The notes under the pieces are model-generated. The model had not been told where the DNA came from. It made no database searches and was given only the letters and a program-made list of their open reading frames with translations. A DNA stretch of 30,340 bases, taken from contig JBIJBT010000030.1 of the NCBI GenBank assembly GCA_044345055.1, positions 1 to 30,340 on the forward strand. The letters are read 5' to 3'. This DNA is from Bdellovibrionota bacterium (GTDB taxonomy: Bacteria; Bdellovibrionota_C; UBA2361; OMIW01). Positions within the stretch are counted from its first letter, which is position 1. Every line of letters starts with the position of its first letter. Below, piece by piece: positions 8,577 through 18,956 of the stretch. The position numbers and the translations under genes are program-made.

Positions 8577-9134
8577 TTAGGCGGAAAAGGGATATCGGTT
8601 TTTATCAAAATATTCTCTAACACTATCGTATTGGACGCCCCCCCGGCCGTAGGTTGCTACTCCAGGCGCAGCGCCGTATCCAACGGCTCGACTACCGTAA
8701 TTGGCAACAAGATTCTCCCACTGTGTCCGGGACATCGAAGGTCCCGTAACCAGTGGTCCGTCACCAATCTGTGCGATAGAAGGTTTTAAACCTATATTCT
8801 GATTATCAGCTACGAGCGTCCTAAGTCGCCCGGGATCACCAGCACCGACCGACTGTCGTTGAAAAAGGCCAGAAAAATTGTGATTAGGGTAATCTGGGGC
8901 CGCAGCGAAAACACTTCGTGAATTGCCGTTTGCGTCGAACGCAAACAGACGTGCGGCAAATTGCGACAATCTAGAAATACTCTGAAGCAGACCGTCAAAA
9001 GCGCCCAATGTGTTCCCCACCTTTTGAACAGATGCAAGATCGATTCCTGGTCCGCCAAAATATCCGTTAAAAGCGTTAAAGCTGTAACCCACTCCGCTAA
9101 ATGCGTTTAGAAGATCTCTGACCCCACTGAACAT
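8577..9134 (-). CDS. Hypothetical protein (Gly/Ala/Phe-rich, about 185-210 aa)
   Basis: Long ORF that could extend to TTG at 9209; ATG at 9134 follows a G-rich SD-like sequence. A hairpin follows the stop. No recognisable domain. Confidence 0.6.
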   Translation of the reverse strand: MFSGVRDLLNAFSGVGYSFNAFNGYFGGPGIDLASVQKVGNTLGAFDGLLQSISRLSQFAARLFAFDANGNSRSVFAAAPDYPNHNFSGLFQRQSVGAGDPGRLRTLVADNQNIGLKPSIAQIGDGPLVTGPSMSRTQWENLVANYGSRAVGYGAAPGVATYGRGGVQYDSVREYFDKNRYPFSA

Positions 9135-9446
9135 ATCGCCCACCCCCAAAACAATCCCACCTCTTAAACTAGCGAAACTTCTTAAAAGGTTATTCCACCT
9201 AGCAATCAATCGGTGACTTTAATTCGCGCCGACAAAATAACGCCCCAAAATCTTAACTGAAATCGCCACCCGACCGATACCCTAACTATAGCGATAAAAC
9301 AGTGTCTAATCGGCTTGGGTTTCTTCGGATAAAACCCTCCACGCCAGAAAAAATCCTGTATTTTGAGCTATAGATACAAACTGACCAACAAACAACTACT
9401 TAATTAATATTAACTTCAACCACCTAATAAATGGAGTTCCCCCCTT

Positions 9447-9707
9447 ATGAGGCCATCTGCTACCAAATATGACGCACTTCGGGCTGAGCTGGTTTTGGTC
9501 GATTCACGGAAGCTTGAGGGGGGAGTTGGGGTTGGGGGAGGAGGTGGAGAGGAGGGGGGCGTGGCTGAGATAGTTGAGGCGGCGCTTACTCCTGATGGGC
9601 CGTTTGCGCTATACGAGCTTAGCTCTCGTGGGCCGACCCTCCGTGAGCTGTTTGAGGGGCTGTTCAACGCTCTCAATCTGGAGCGGCCGGATTATCCCGA
9701 GCACTAA
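9447..9707 (+). CDS. Small hypothetical protein (86 aa) with a Gly-rich linker
   Basis: GGAG about 11 nt upstream, an AT-rich region further upstream, and a hairpin at 9729-9773 downstream. Confidence 0.45.
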   Translation: MRPSATKYDALRAELVLVDSRKLEGGVGVGGGGGEEGGVAEIVEAALTPDGPFALYELSSRGPTLRELFEGLFNALNLERPDYPEH

Positions 9708-9728
9708 ATTTTTCACTGAACTCTTAGA

Positions 9729-9773
9729 GGTTTTGGGAGGGCTGCCTTTTTGAGCGGCGGCTCATCCAAAACC
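9729..9773 (+). terminator. Imperfect long hairpin after the 86-aa ORF
   Basis: GGTTTTGG-ga-GGGCTGCC-(9)-GGCGGCTC-at-CCAAAACC (includes G-U pairs). Confidence 0.4.
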
Positions 9774-9976
9774 GATTCAAATTCTCCCTTCCAAAAATCA
9801 TCAGCAGCCGCAAAGTATCAACTCTCTCTTTCAACGATCTGGCGGCGGAGCATCATACATCATACAGTGTAGCCCTTAAGGCGTATCCTCATGCGAGGTA
9901 CGAATGGTTCAGTGCACCAACGATAATCGCAACCTCTCAGATGAGCGGCACCAGCTTTTCTATTTAGCTCGACACT

Positions 9977-12900
9977 ATGAACTCAATCTCCCCGAACTCC
10001 TCTTCTCGGATCTCCTCAATCCTCTCGCGGGCTACATCCCCATTTGCCACTCTCATGGGAGAAGGGAAAGAGAGCGAAACAAACTTCGGAGCCGCCGAAC
10101 CGCTGCGCGCCGCTGTCTTGACGAATGAAGCGCTTCACGATCTTGCGGCATCACTTGCAGATGGCGACACCTCTTATCTTGATGGGAAGAGTAGTCGCGC
10201 TCTAAGAACTCGCTTTTTAAGCAACGTTTCGCTACTTGAAAAGGCGTACCAAATTCTCGCTGAAGGGGCAAAGCGAGGCGAATCGCTCTCACCAGGTGCT
10301 GAGTGGCTTCTCGATAATCATCATATCGTGCTCCAACATATCTCTGAGGTACGACGATTTTTCCCAAAACGGTACGACAAAACTCTTCCTAAAATCGCTG
10401 AGGGAGCTTCGCGCGGATATCCTCGCGTCTACACTCTCACTCTTCAGGTGCTCATTCACTCCGATGCGGTTGTTGATACAGAAATTCTGAGCGCTTTTAT
10501 ATCGGGTTTTCAATCACGCAAGCCCCTGACATCGGGAGAGCTGTGGGCGGTGCCGATCATGCTCAAATTTGCACTGGTCGAGAATCTCCGCAGATTGATT
10601 CAACGAATCGTTGATGAGCGAGAAGAGCTGCTTTATGTCGATGGGTTTCTGCAACGAGTCACCAGTTCGACTGAGAGCACGACTCCTCACGTTGGCACCG
10701 ACACACTCATCGAGCTTGCAAAAGAGATTAAGAGTCGCCCATCTTTGGCGGGTCGCGGTGCTGTTCATGTGCTAAAACAGCTGCGGCTCCGCGGATCACG
10801 AACTCCTCTCGCGCTTAAGTGGTTCGAGGAGCGGATTCGCGAGCAAGGGAACGATCCCGAAGAGCTGATCCGCGCTGAACATCAGCGTCAGGCGTTTGAC
10901 CAGATCTCGATCGCGAATTCGATCACATCGATGCGAGAGATGAGTAGCATCAACTGGCGCGAGTGGTTCGAGGCGATGAGCTTTGTTCATCGGGAGTTTT
11001 TAAGTGATCCCGTTGGTGTCTATTCGAAATGTGATTTTGAAACAAGAGATCTTTATCGCCACCATCTCGAGCTGCTCGCAAGGCGAGTTAAGATGGCTGA
11101 ACATGAAGCAGCTCGTCTCCTTGTTGAACTCGCTAAGCAACCACCCCTTATCGATCCAAGGCGAACTGATTCACTGAGCCATATCGGATTTTATCTCATC
11201 GGTGATGGGCGGCGTTTTTTTGAGGAAAAAATTCAATTTTCGGCACCTCTTTGGCTGCGCGCCGGTCGGCTTGCGCGTCAGAACGCCCTCCCCCTCTATA
11301 CTGGAGCGGTACTTGTTGGTGCTGTTATATTTGCATCATTTCTCTCGGGCTGGGTTTTCGCCTTTGGCGGTGGTTTTTTGGCGGCTCTTCTTCTCTTTAT
11401 AGTTGCGCTGATTCCCGCTTCAGATCTATCGATGAGTCTTATTCAGTGGATCTGCCACCAGCTTGTTCGTCCCGCTCCTCTCCCAAAGCTTCATTTAGAA
11501 AATGGGATTTCGGAGCAAAATCGAGCGTTGCTGATTGTTCATGGCATATTCGATTCAACTGATGCACTCGATCACTGCATCGATAGCCTTGAAGTTCGCT
11601 GGTACGCGAATGAGGATGAAGATCTTTATCTTGCGATAACCGCCGATCTTCCCGATCGCAAATCTCCCGATGAATCACAGGATGCCCATCTGATTGCAGA
11701 GGGAAAAAGCCGTATTGATGCGCTGAACGCACGTCATGGATATTCAGCTGAAAACCCTCGATTCTTTATATTTTTCCGTGAACGTCGTTGGAATGATTCA
11801 GAGCTTTCTTACATGGGCTGGGAGCGGAAGCGAGGTAAAATTGATGAGCTCAATCGAGAGATTTGCGGGAAGGGACCAACTTCATTCCTTCTTTCAGAAA
11901 AGGAGCGATCGTTTCTCCGAACAATAAGATACGTAATCACTCTCGATGGAGATTCTCATCTTGCGCCGCAGGGGGCTAAAAAGCTCGTTGGGACGATGGC
12001 ACATCCTCTTAATCGAGCGATTATCGATCCAGTTCGACGCATCGTGACAAGTGGATACGGAATTATTCAGCCCCGCGTGAGCTATTCTCTCCCAAGCGGC
12101 TCGGCGTCACGTTTTGCTCGAATCTATGCGTGGGATCTTGGTCTTGATCCTTACACCCATGCGATCTCTGATTTTTATCAAGATATTTTTTCTGAGGCAT
12201 CATTTCTCGGAAAAGGTATTTATGACGTTGCAATATTTGAAGAGGTGCTCGAGGACCAGGTGCCAGAGAATGCTATCCTCAGTCATGATCTCTTCGAGGG
12301 TCTATTCGCTCGCACCGGTCTTGCGACCGATATCGAGGTCTACGACGAGGTTCCTTCTCGGTACCACGTATTGGCTCGTCGGCAACATCGATGGGTACGA
12401 GGAGATTGGCAGCTTCTACCGTGGCTCTCCGCAAAAGTTCCTGATAGCGACCGCACCCCTCGGCCCACGCCGCTCTCTGACCTTGGTCGATGGAAAATAG
12501 TAGATAATTTGCGCCGCAGCCTAGTTCCACCGACGGTATTTCTTTTTTTGCTGGCCTCATGGACGATTCTACCCGGAGCGCCGTTCTGGTGGTTTTTGGC
12601 GATTCTTCCAGTTTTCATCTTTCCGGTTTTCATTAGCCTTGCATCCGTAGCGATAGCTCCTCCGGTTGGTATCTCTCTCGGTGCTTACCTGCGGGCTATT
12701 TTGCGAGACCTTTCACAACAGGGGGCTCAGGCAGCTCTTGCTGTAGTGTTCCTGCCCCATCAAGCATATCTGATGGTTCACGCCATCGCGGTGACGCTGA
12801 ATCGGCTCTATCGTACTAAAATAAAATTGCTCGAGTGGGAAACAGCGGCAGCATCGGAGCGTCGCCTCGGCTCATCATTGGCAAGCTTTGCTCGGTCACT

Positions 12901-15900
12901 CGCTCCCGCTTTGCGGCTTACTGTAGCTGTTGGCAGCCTTGTGGCCTTCGTCGCTCCTGAGCGATTTTTTGATATCCTCCCCCTTCTCGCTCTTTGGATG
13001 TCATCACCGATTATCGCGACTTACTTGGCGAAACGATCAGAAAATGCCGCAGCGGATCTTACCCCAGAGGATCGCAGCTATCTTCTTTCGGTGGGATATC
13101 AAACCTGGCGCTATTTTAAGGATCACCTACGGGCTGAGTATCACTATTTGATACCAGATAATCTCCAACAAACGCCTCAGGAGGTGGTTGCCGAGAGAAC
13201 ATCACCAACTAATATCAGCCTCTCGATGCTCAGCTCAATCGCTGCGTATGAGCTGGGATACGAAGATAGTCGCTCTATTATCACCCTTCTTGGTCGAGTC
13301 TTTGAAACGATCGCAAAGCTCGAGCGGTATAATGGGCATCTCCTCAACTGGTACGATATTCGGACCCTTGCTCCTCTTAATCCCCGTTACGTTTCATCGG
13401 TTGATAGCGGAAACTTCGCGGGCCACCTGATCGCTATTCGATCATCACTCGATGCGCTCTGGGAAGAGCCCGTTGTACGGTCGAGCTTTATTCATCATCT
13501 TATCGCTCGACTCTCTGCACTCAGTGAGTCGGAGAGGAGAGGTGAATCACTGATAACGGACCTTCAACATTCGCTAGAGAACCACACGCACCACACCGTG
13601 ATAACGATTGCAACCCTCGGTTCGATCGTAGCCGAGCTTTCAGCGATCCTGACAGCAGGTAGTGCTGAGGATGTTGCTTGGCTCTTTGCCGAACTAGCTG
13701 AGCTTGAGCAGTTCATGGCGTATCGCGAGCTCTTGGAGTGGTCCAATCTGCTAGTTAGAGAAATTGTTGAAGGCGAAATCTCAGCTACTCAATCGCTGAA
13801 TACTAAACTATCAACGACACCAGCGAGCTTTGCCGCGATCTCAAAGATAGTTGAAGAGATTATTGCGACAAATAATGTCGGTGAAATTACTAACGCGGCA
13901 CAACGGGCGCGCACTCTTGTTGCAGAGATCGCAGAATCAGTTCGACTCACTAAACAGTCGTGCACTGATATATTTGAGCAGCTTGATTTTTCCTTCCTGT
14001 ATGATGGCGGAAAGAACCTTTTTGTCGTCGGGCTTAATGTTGAAATGGCGCGCAAAGATCGAAGCTTTTACGATCTACTCGCCTCCGAAGCTCGCCTATT
14101 AAGCATGATAGCGATCGCAAAGGGCGATGCACCGATGAAGCACTGGTTCTCACTTGGCCGAACCCTTGCTGACACTCCATCTGGAAAGGCGTTGGTGTCG
14201 TGGAGCGGCACTATGTTTGAGTATCTGATGCCGATCGTTGTTCAGCGCGATTATCCAGAAACACTCCTCGGTCAAACTTATCGACGGGTCATCGACACTC
14301 AACAGGAATATGCTCATCGGCGAGGTGTTCCGTGGGGTATCTCTGAATCGGCCTACAGCGGGGTTGACCTTCAGGCGACCTATCAGTACCGCGCTTTTGG
14401 CGTTCCTGGGCTCGGGCTCAAGCGAGGACTTGAAAACGACCTCGTTATCTCACCCTATTCGACTGTGCTAGCGCTTCCGATAAAACCTCTCGCTGCTGTT
14501 GCAAATCTGCGGCGAATGGAGAAAGAGGGTTTTCGAGGCGATTATGGATTCTTCGAAGCGATCGATTATACCGAGGATAGGCTCGCAGATGACGAGAGCA
14601 ATCACATCGTGAAATCGTTCTTCGCACATCATCAAGGAATGAGTCTTCCATCTATTGCGAACGTTCTTCTCGATGGAGTGTTTCAAGATCGCTTTCACTC
14701 AGATCCGATCATAAAGGCGGTTGAGGTGTTGCTCCATGAGAAATTCCCGAGCCGAATTCCTTTAACCGAGCCTCGGCCCTCACCCCTCACCTACGCTGAA
14801 AGAGAGCAAGAGCGAGAGGGTGCCCGGAAAGAGCGGATATTCTCCTCTCCTTTAACACGCTATCCTGCGACTCACATTCTCTCTAACGGGTCGTTGACCA
14901 CGATGGTTGATAACACAGGGAGTGGGTTTATCTCCTTTGAGCGTGATATCTCAGTTACCCGCTGGCGGGAGGATATTACTGCAAATCGGTGGGGCTACTA
15001 CCTGTACTTAAGAGACCTTGATACGGGTGAACTTTGGTCAGCGACCTACAACCCTACTCAGGTTGAACCTGAGCTATATTCGGTCGTTTGTAAGGGGGAC
15101 AAGGTCGAATTTCTTCGCAGAGATCATCAGATACTCTCATTTTTCGAGATTACCGTTGCTCAGGAGGACAATGTTGATGTGAGGCGAATTACCCTCACTA
15201 ATCTCTCAGATCGGAAGCGAAATCTTGAAGTAACCAGCTTTGGTGAGGTTGCGCTCGTCAACACGAGAGCTGACAAGGCTCATCCCGCATTTCAACGCCT
15301 CTTTGTTGAGTCATCGTTCGATGAGGAACACGATGCTCTTATCTTTTCGCGGCGACCTCGGTCCCGTCACGATAGCAACCTTTTCCTTTTTCACTCGGTA
15401 GCAACAAGAACGGTTTGGGATCGATTGCAGTATGAAACCTCCCGCCCCAACTTTATCGGTCGGGGGAACTCTCTGGGCCGACCAGCTGCGCTCAAGGTGC
15501 AACAGCTCACGAATACGGTTGGTAGCGTTCTTGATCCGGCCTTTTCTCTTCGAGTTCGGATTGAGTTAGAGCCAGCAGAATCGCACTCACTCTCGTTTGC
15601 GACTGGAACAGCTCGATCGAGAGAAACGCTGCATCATCTGACGACAAAATATCGAGATCTTCACAGCATCACTCGAGCTTTTGAATTGGCGTGGAGTCAG
15701 AGCCGGATTGAATTACGAAATGAGCAGTTCACGGCGCGACAGACACACTTTTTTCAGGCGCTTGGCACCGCAATTTTCTTCCCAATAGAAGAGCTGCGAG
15801 GTTCAGCTGAAAATATTCAAAGAAACAAACTCCAACAGTCTGCACTGTGGCGATTTGGGATATCGGGCGATATCCCGATACTGCTCTTAAAAGTTCACGA

Positions 15901-18766
15901 TGTCGGTCATCTTAAATTGGCCCGCGATCTTGTACTGGGCCATGCCTATCTTCGTGCCCGTGGTATTACCGCAGATCTTGTAATCCTGAATGAATATCCG
16001 GGAGGCTATTTCCAGGAGCTTCAAGAGGAGCTTCTTCACATAGTTCGCTCAAGCCCCGATTCAGGAATGCTTGATCATAATGGAGGAATCTTTATACGGG
16101 TTGCAGCCCAGCTATCTTCCGAGGAGATAGGTTTGCTCCACACCGTCGCACGTGCGGTCTTTGATGGAGCAGATGGTTCTCTTGAGGAACAGCTTAACAT
16201 CGATCATCTCTTTGGTGTGTTACCAAGCACCGGAAGAGGAATCGCGGCAGATCCGAAATTGGTTCAAATTAATGCTGCTCCACTTAACGCTCTGTCAGGT
16301 AATACTCTGCAACAAGAAACGCGAGCTCTCGAATGTAGCTCATGCTACGGCGGATTTGTCGAGGAGGGCCGAGGGTACCTCATGGAGGTAGATGCTCAAA
16401 CGAAGCCACCGTTGCCGTGGAGTAATGTTATCGCGAATCGACGATTTGGTTCGTTAATAACTGAATCGGGTGGAGGATATACCTGGTCGCAGAACAGCAG
16501 AGAAAATCGTATTTCTCCATGGTCCAACGATCCCGTAATAGATCCAATCGGAGAGGCTATATACATTCGCGACACAGAGAGTGGTCAGGTGTGGTGCCCT
16601 ACACCTGGTCCTATCGAACGGACTACCAAAACTACCGTGATTCACCGGCTCGGGGAGTCGTCATTTAGCACGTCTCACAACGGCATCTCCTCAGATCTAA
16701 CGATCCGAGTCGCTGCGGATGCGCCGGTAAAGTGGTGGTCACTTACCCTCAAAAATTACGATTCGGTTCAACGTCGTTTCGAGGCATATCTTTTCGTCGA
16801 TTGGGTTATGGGGATATCGCCGGAGGAGGCGAATCGCTACGTGTGCTCCGAATACGATCCGGGTGCTCAGGTGTTGTATGCAGTCAATCGCTACAACAAT
16901 GAATTCGCCAATAAAATAATCTATCTCGGGTCAAACCTTAGCATTATATCATACACGACCGACAAGGTTGAATTTATTGGGCGTGATGGTTCTCCTGCGT
17001 TGCCTCGCTGTTTCGAGATGGCGGCACCCGCTCGTGCGGGCGGAGGGCGTACACCTCGTCGAAACCTCGTGCAGCTAGCTCAAAGAGTTGGAGCAGGTTT
17101 TTCTTCGTGCGGCGTCATCAAGGTGCACATCAATCTTGAGCCGGGCGAGGAGAGATCGGCGCTCTTTTTCCTTGGCGAGTGCGATTCTCCTGAGGCGCTT
17201 CGTACAACAGCGCCGCAGTATCGACAGACAGAAGGGTTTAACCGCGATCGTGAGCAATCGCAGCAATGGTGGAACACCACTCTATCGGCGATTGAGGTGC
17301 GAACTCCGGACCGAAGCTTCGATATTTTGGTGAACGGATGGCTGCTTTACCAAAATGTTGCGTGTCGACTATACGCTCGCACTGGGTTTTATCAGAGCGG
17401 AGGAGCTTTCGGTTTTCGGGACCAACTTCAGGATGTTTTGGCGCTTTTAGCGATTCGGCCTGAAATGGTGCGGTCTCAGATTCTCCTGCACGCAGCGCGA
17501 CAATTTGTTGAGGGAGATGTGCAGCACTGGTGGCACCCTCCAACGGGGCGGGGCGTTCGTACGAAGATAAGTGATGATCTAGTCTGGCTACCGTACGTTG
17601 TTGCTCGCTACATCTCCGACACCGGTGACACCGCTATTCTCGATGAAGAGATTAATTATCTTGAGTCGCCTCCTCTAGGTGAGGCAGATGAAAGTTATCT
17701 GATCCCCTCAGTTTCGGGAGAGCGCGGCACCCTTTTCGATCACTGTATGCGTGCACTTGATAGAGCGTACCGTCTCGGAGAGCGAGGGCTTCCTCTTATG
17801 GGAGCAGGCGACTGGAATGATGGGATGAATGAGGTCGGAACAAAGGGGCGTGGTGAAAGTGTGTGGCTCGGATGGTTCCTTGCTCACACAAATACCCTAT
17901 TCGCGAAGGAAACAGAGGATAGAGCGGAAAAATATGCGGCGGAGCTTCGTCTCCGTGCTCGTCGGCTCGTTGAGGCGATCGAGCAAAGTTCGTGGGACGG
18001 CGCTTGGTATCGGCGGGCCTATTTTGATGATGGGACTGCGCTGGGGAGTTCAGCGAATGACGAATGTCAAATTGATTCGTTATCGCAAAGCTGGAGTGTT
18101 ATCGTTGGTACCGGCGATAGTGAACGGGCGAAAAAGGCGCTCAGAAGTGTTGATGCGCGGCTGGTCGATTCTTCAGCCCGTATCATCAAGCTGCTCTCAC
18201 CGCCATTCTTTGAGGGAAGCGCCGAGCCGGGATTTATCAAGGGCTATCTGCGGGGTATTCGGGAAAACGGTGGACAGTACACACACGCTGCTACCTGGGT
18301 CGTGATTGCTCATGCGATGCTTGGGCACGGCAGTCGAGCATTTGAGCTGTTTCAGATGCTCAACCCGATCACTCATTCGATGGGCACCGAAGGAGCGAAT
18401 CGTTATCAGGGAGAGCCATACGTTCTCTGCGGCGATGTTTACGGCGTGGCTCCTCACGAGGGACGAGCGGGATGGAGCTGGTATACCGGCTCAGCTGGTT
18501 GGCTGTATCAGGCCGCCGTTCATCACATCCTCGGAATTTCTCTAAAACGTGGAGTCCTCTCGGTTAATCCATCGATACCGGCTCAATGGCGCGAGTGGTC
18601 TGTTACACTGAGCCGACCTCGACCGGTAACTATTACATTTTATAATCCAGATGGTGTTGAATCGGGTGTAAAAGAGATACGTGTAAATGGAGATGTGATT
18701 TCTGAACGTGCTATTAAACTCGAAACGTACTCGGGCGAAATCGCTATACAGGTGTTTTTGGGATAG
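9977..18766 (+). CDS. ndvB: Cyclic beta-1,2-glucan synthase (Cgs/NdvB/ChvB; GT84 + cyclising glucoamylase-like domain + GH94 phosphorylase)
   Basis: 2929 aa. N-terminal EWLLDN, ELWAVPIML and WERKRGK; glycosyltransferase motifs TLDGD, GKGIYDV, SHDLFEG and RQHRWVRGDWQ; several TM helices; RTSPTNI, DLLASEARL, SWSGTMFEYLMP and WGISES; GH94 motifs GFYQSGGAFGFRDQLQD, GDWNDG, ENGGQYTH and WSWYTGSAGW. Confidence 0.95.
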   Translation: MNSISPNSSSRISSILSRATSPFATLMGEGKESETNFGAAEPLRAAVLTNEALHDLAASLADGDTSYLDGKSSRALRTRFLSNVSLLEKAYQILAEGAKRGESLSPGAEWLLDNHHIVLQHISEVRRFFPKRYDKTLPKIAEGASRGYPRVYTLTLQVLIHSDAVVDTEILSAFISGFQSRKPLTSGELWAVPIMLKFALVENLRRLIQRIVDEREELLYVDGFLQRVTSSTESTTPHVGTDTLIELAKEIKSRPSLAGRGAVHVLKQLRLRGSRTPLALKWFEERIREQGNDPEELIRAEHQRQAFDQISIANSITSMREMSSINWREWFEAMSFVHREFLSDPVGVYSKCDFETRDLYRHHLELLARRVKMAEHEAARLLVELAKQPPLIDPRRTDSLSHIGFYLIGDGRRFFEEKIQFSAPLWLRAGRLARQNALPLYTGAVLVGAVIFASFLSGWVFAFGGGFLAALLLFIVALIPASDLSMSLIQWICHQLVRPAPLPKLHLENGISEQNRALLIVHGIFDSTDALDHCIDSLEVRWYANEDEDLYLAITADLPDRKSPDESQDAHLIAEGKSRIDALNARHGYSAENPRFFIFFRERRWNDSELSYMGWERKRGKIDELNREICGKGPTSFLLSEKERSFLRTIRYVITLDGDSHLAPQGAKKLVGTMAHPLNRAIIDPVRRIVTSGYGIIQPRVSYSLPSGSASRFARIYAWDLGLDPYTHAISDFYQDIFSEASFLGKGIYDVAIFEEVLEDQVPENAILSHDLFEGLFARTGLATDIEVYDEVPSRYHVLARRQHRWVRGDWQLLPWLSAKVPDSDRTPRPTPLSDLGRWKIVDNLRRSLVPPTVFLFLLASWTILPGAPFWWFLAILPVFIFPVFISLASVAIAPPVGISLGAYLRAILRDLSQQGAQAALAVVFLPHQAYLMVHAIAVTLNRLYRTKIKLLEWETAAASERRLGSSLASFARSLAPALRLTVAVGSLVAFVAPERFFDILPLLALWMSSPIIATYLAKRSENAAADLTPEDRSYLLSVGYQTWRYFKDHLRAEYHYLIPDNLQQTPQEVVAERTSPTNISLSMLSSIAAYELGYEDSRSIITLLGRVFETIAKLERYNGHLLNWYDIRTLAPLNPRYVSSVDSGNFAGHLIAIRSSLDALWEEPVVRSSFIHHLIARLSALSESERRGESLITDLQHSLENHTHHTVITIATLGSIVAELSAILTAGSAEDVAWLFAELAELEQFMAYRELLEWSNLLVREIVEGEISATQSLNTKLSTTPASFAAISKIVEEIIATNNVGEITNAAQRARTLVAEIAESVRLTKQSCTDIFEQLDFSFLYDGGKNLFVVGLNVEMARKDRSFYDLLASEARLLSMIAIAKGDAPMKHWFSLGRTLADTPSGKALVSWSGTMFEYLMPIVVQRDYPETLLGQTYRRVIDTQQEYAHRRGVPWGISESAYSGVDLQATYQYRAFGVPGLGLKRGLENDLVISPYSTVLALPIKPLAAVANLRRMEKEGFRGDYGFFEAIDYTEDRLADDESNHIVKSFFAHHQGMSLPSIANVLLDGVFQDRFHSDPIIKAVEVLLHEKFPSRIPLTEPRPSPLTYAEREQEREGARKERIFSSPLTRYPATHILSNGSLTTMVDNTGSGFISFERDISVTRWREDITANRWGYYLYLRDLDTGELWSATYNPTQVEPELYSVVCKGDKVEFLRRDHQILSFFEITVAQEDNVDVRRITLTNLSDRKRNLEVTSFGEVALVNTRADKAHPAFQRLFVESSFDEEHDALIFSRRPRSRHDSNLFLFHSVATRTVWDRLQYETSRPNFIGRGNSLGRPAALKVQQLTNTVGSVLDPAFSLRVRIELEPAESHSLSFATGTARSRETLHHLTTKYRDLHSITRAFELAWSQSRIELRNEQFTARQTHFFQALGTAIFFPIEELRGSAENIQRNKLQQSALWRFGISGDIPILLLKVHDVGHLKLARDLVLGHAYLRARGITADLVILNEYPGGYFQELQEELLHIVRSSPDSGMLDHNGGIFIRVAAQLSSEEIGLLHTVARAVFDGADGSLEEQLNIDHLFGVLPSTGRGIAADPKLVQINAAPLNALSGNTLQQETRALECSSCYGGFVEEGRGYLMEVDAQTKPPLPWSNVIANRRFGSLITESGGGYTWSQNSRENRISPWSNDPVIDPIGEAIYIRDTESGQVWCPTPGPIERTTKTTVIHRLGESSFSTSHNGISSDLTIRVAADAPVKWWSLTLKNYDSVQRRFEAYLFVDWVMGISPEEANRYVCSEYDPGAQVLYAVNRYNNEFANKIIYLGSNLSIISYTTDKVEFIGRDGSPALPRCFEMAAPARAGGGRTPRRNLVQLAQRVGAGFSSCGVIKVHINLEPGEERSALFFLGECDSPEALRTTAPQYRQTEGFNRDREQSQQWWNTTLSAIEVRTPDRSFDILVNGWLLYQNVACRLYARTGFYQSGGAFGFRDQLQDVLALLAIRPEMVRSQILLHAARQFVEGDVQHWWHPPTGRGVRTKISDDLVWLPYVVARYISDTGDTAILDEEINYLESPPLGEADESYLIPSVSGERGTLFDHCMRALDRAYRLGERGLPLMGAGDWNDGMNEVGTKGRGESVWLGWFLAHTNTLFAKETEDRAEKYAAELRLRARRLVEAIEQSSWDGAWYRRAYFDDGTALGSSANDECQIDSLSQSWSVIVGTGDSERAKKALRSVDARLVDSSARIIKLLSPPFFEGSAEPGFIKGYLRGIRENGGQYTHAATWVVIAHAMLGHGSRAFELFQMLNPITHSMGTEGANRYQGEPYVLCGDVYGVAPHEGRAGWSWYTGSAGWLYQAAVHHILGISLKRGVLSVNPSIPAQWREWSVTLSRPRPVTITFYNPDGVESGVKEIRVNGDVISERAIKLETYSGEIAIQVFLG

Positions 18767-18866
18767 TAGAGAGGAAGGGTCACGCAAACATAAGAAACAG
18801 CGTCACGCGTTTTCAGCTCAAGGAGGTCGTGCAAAAATCCGACCTTTGTAGCGGGTAGCTGCGTTG

Positions 18867-18903
18867 GGGGTAAAGCGCGCCGAACAATGGGGCGCTTTAC
18901 CCC
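18867..18903. terminator. 12-bp perfect inverted repeat between ndvB and the next gene (terminator- or REP-like)
   Basis: GGGGTAAAGCGC-gccgaacaatggg-GCGCTTTACCCC. Confidence 0.5.
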
Positions 18904-18956
18904 GCGACCAATCGTAAGCCATATTTAACTTTTTTAGTTGTTTCAGCTCACAACGG

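Noticed and set aside
8438..8623. Pro-rich 61-aa ORF, possibly a frameshifted tail of the 8577 gene
   Set aside because: The Pro richness simply reflects the C-rich hairpin/G-tract sequence; there is no RBS or slippery-site evidence.
10053..18834. Many short ORFs inside or antisense to ndvB (likewise inside smc, ftsY and the ATPase)
   Set aside because: They are shadow ORFs of long, well-supported genes.
18845..18905. GTAG plus hairpin as a REP or IS200/IS605-type end
   Set aside because: There is a single copy in the window and no tnpA/RAYT gene; kept only as a generic inverted repeat.
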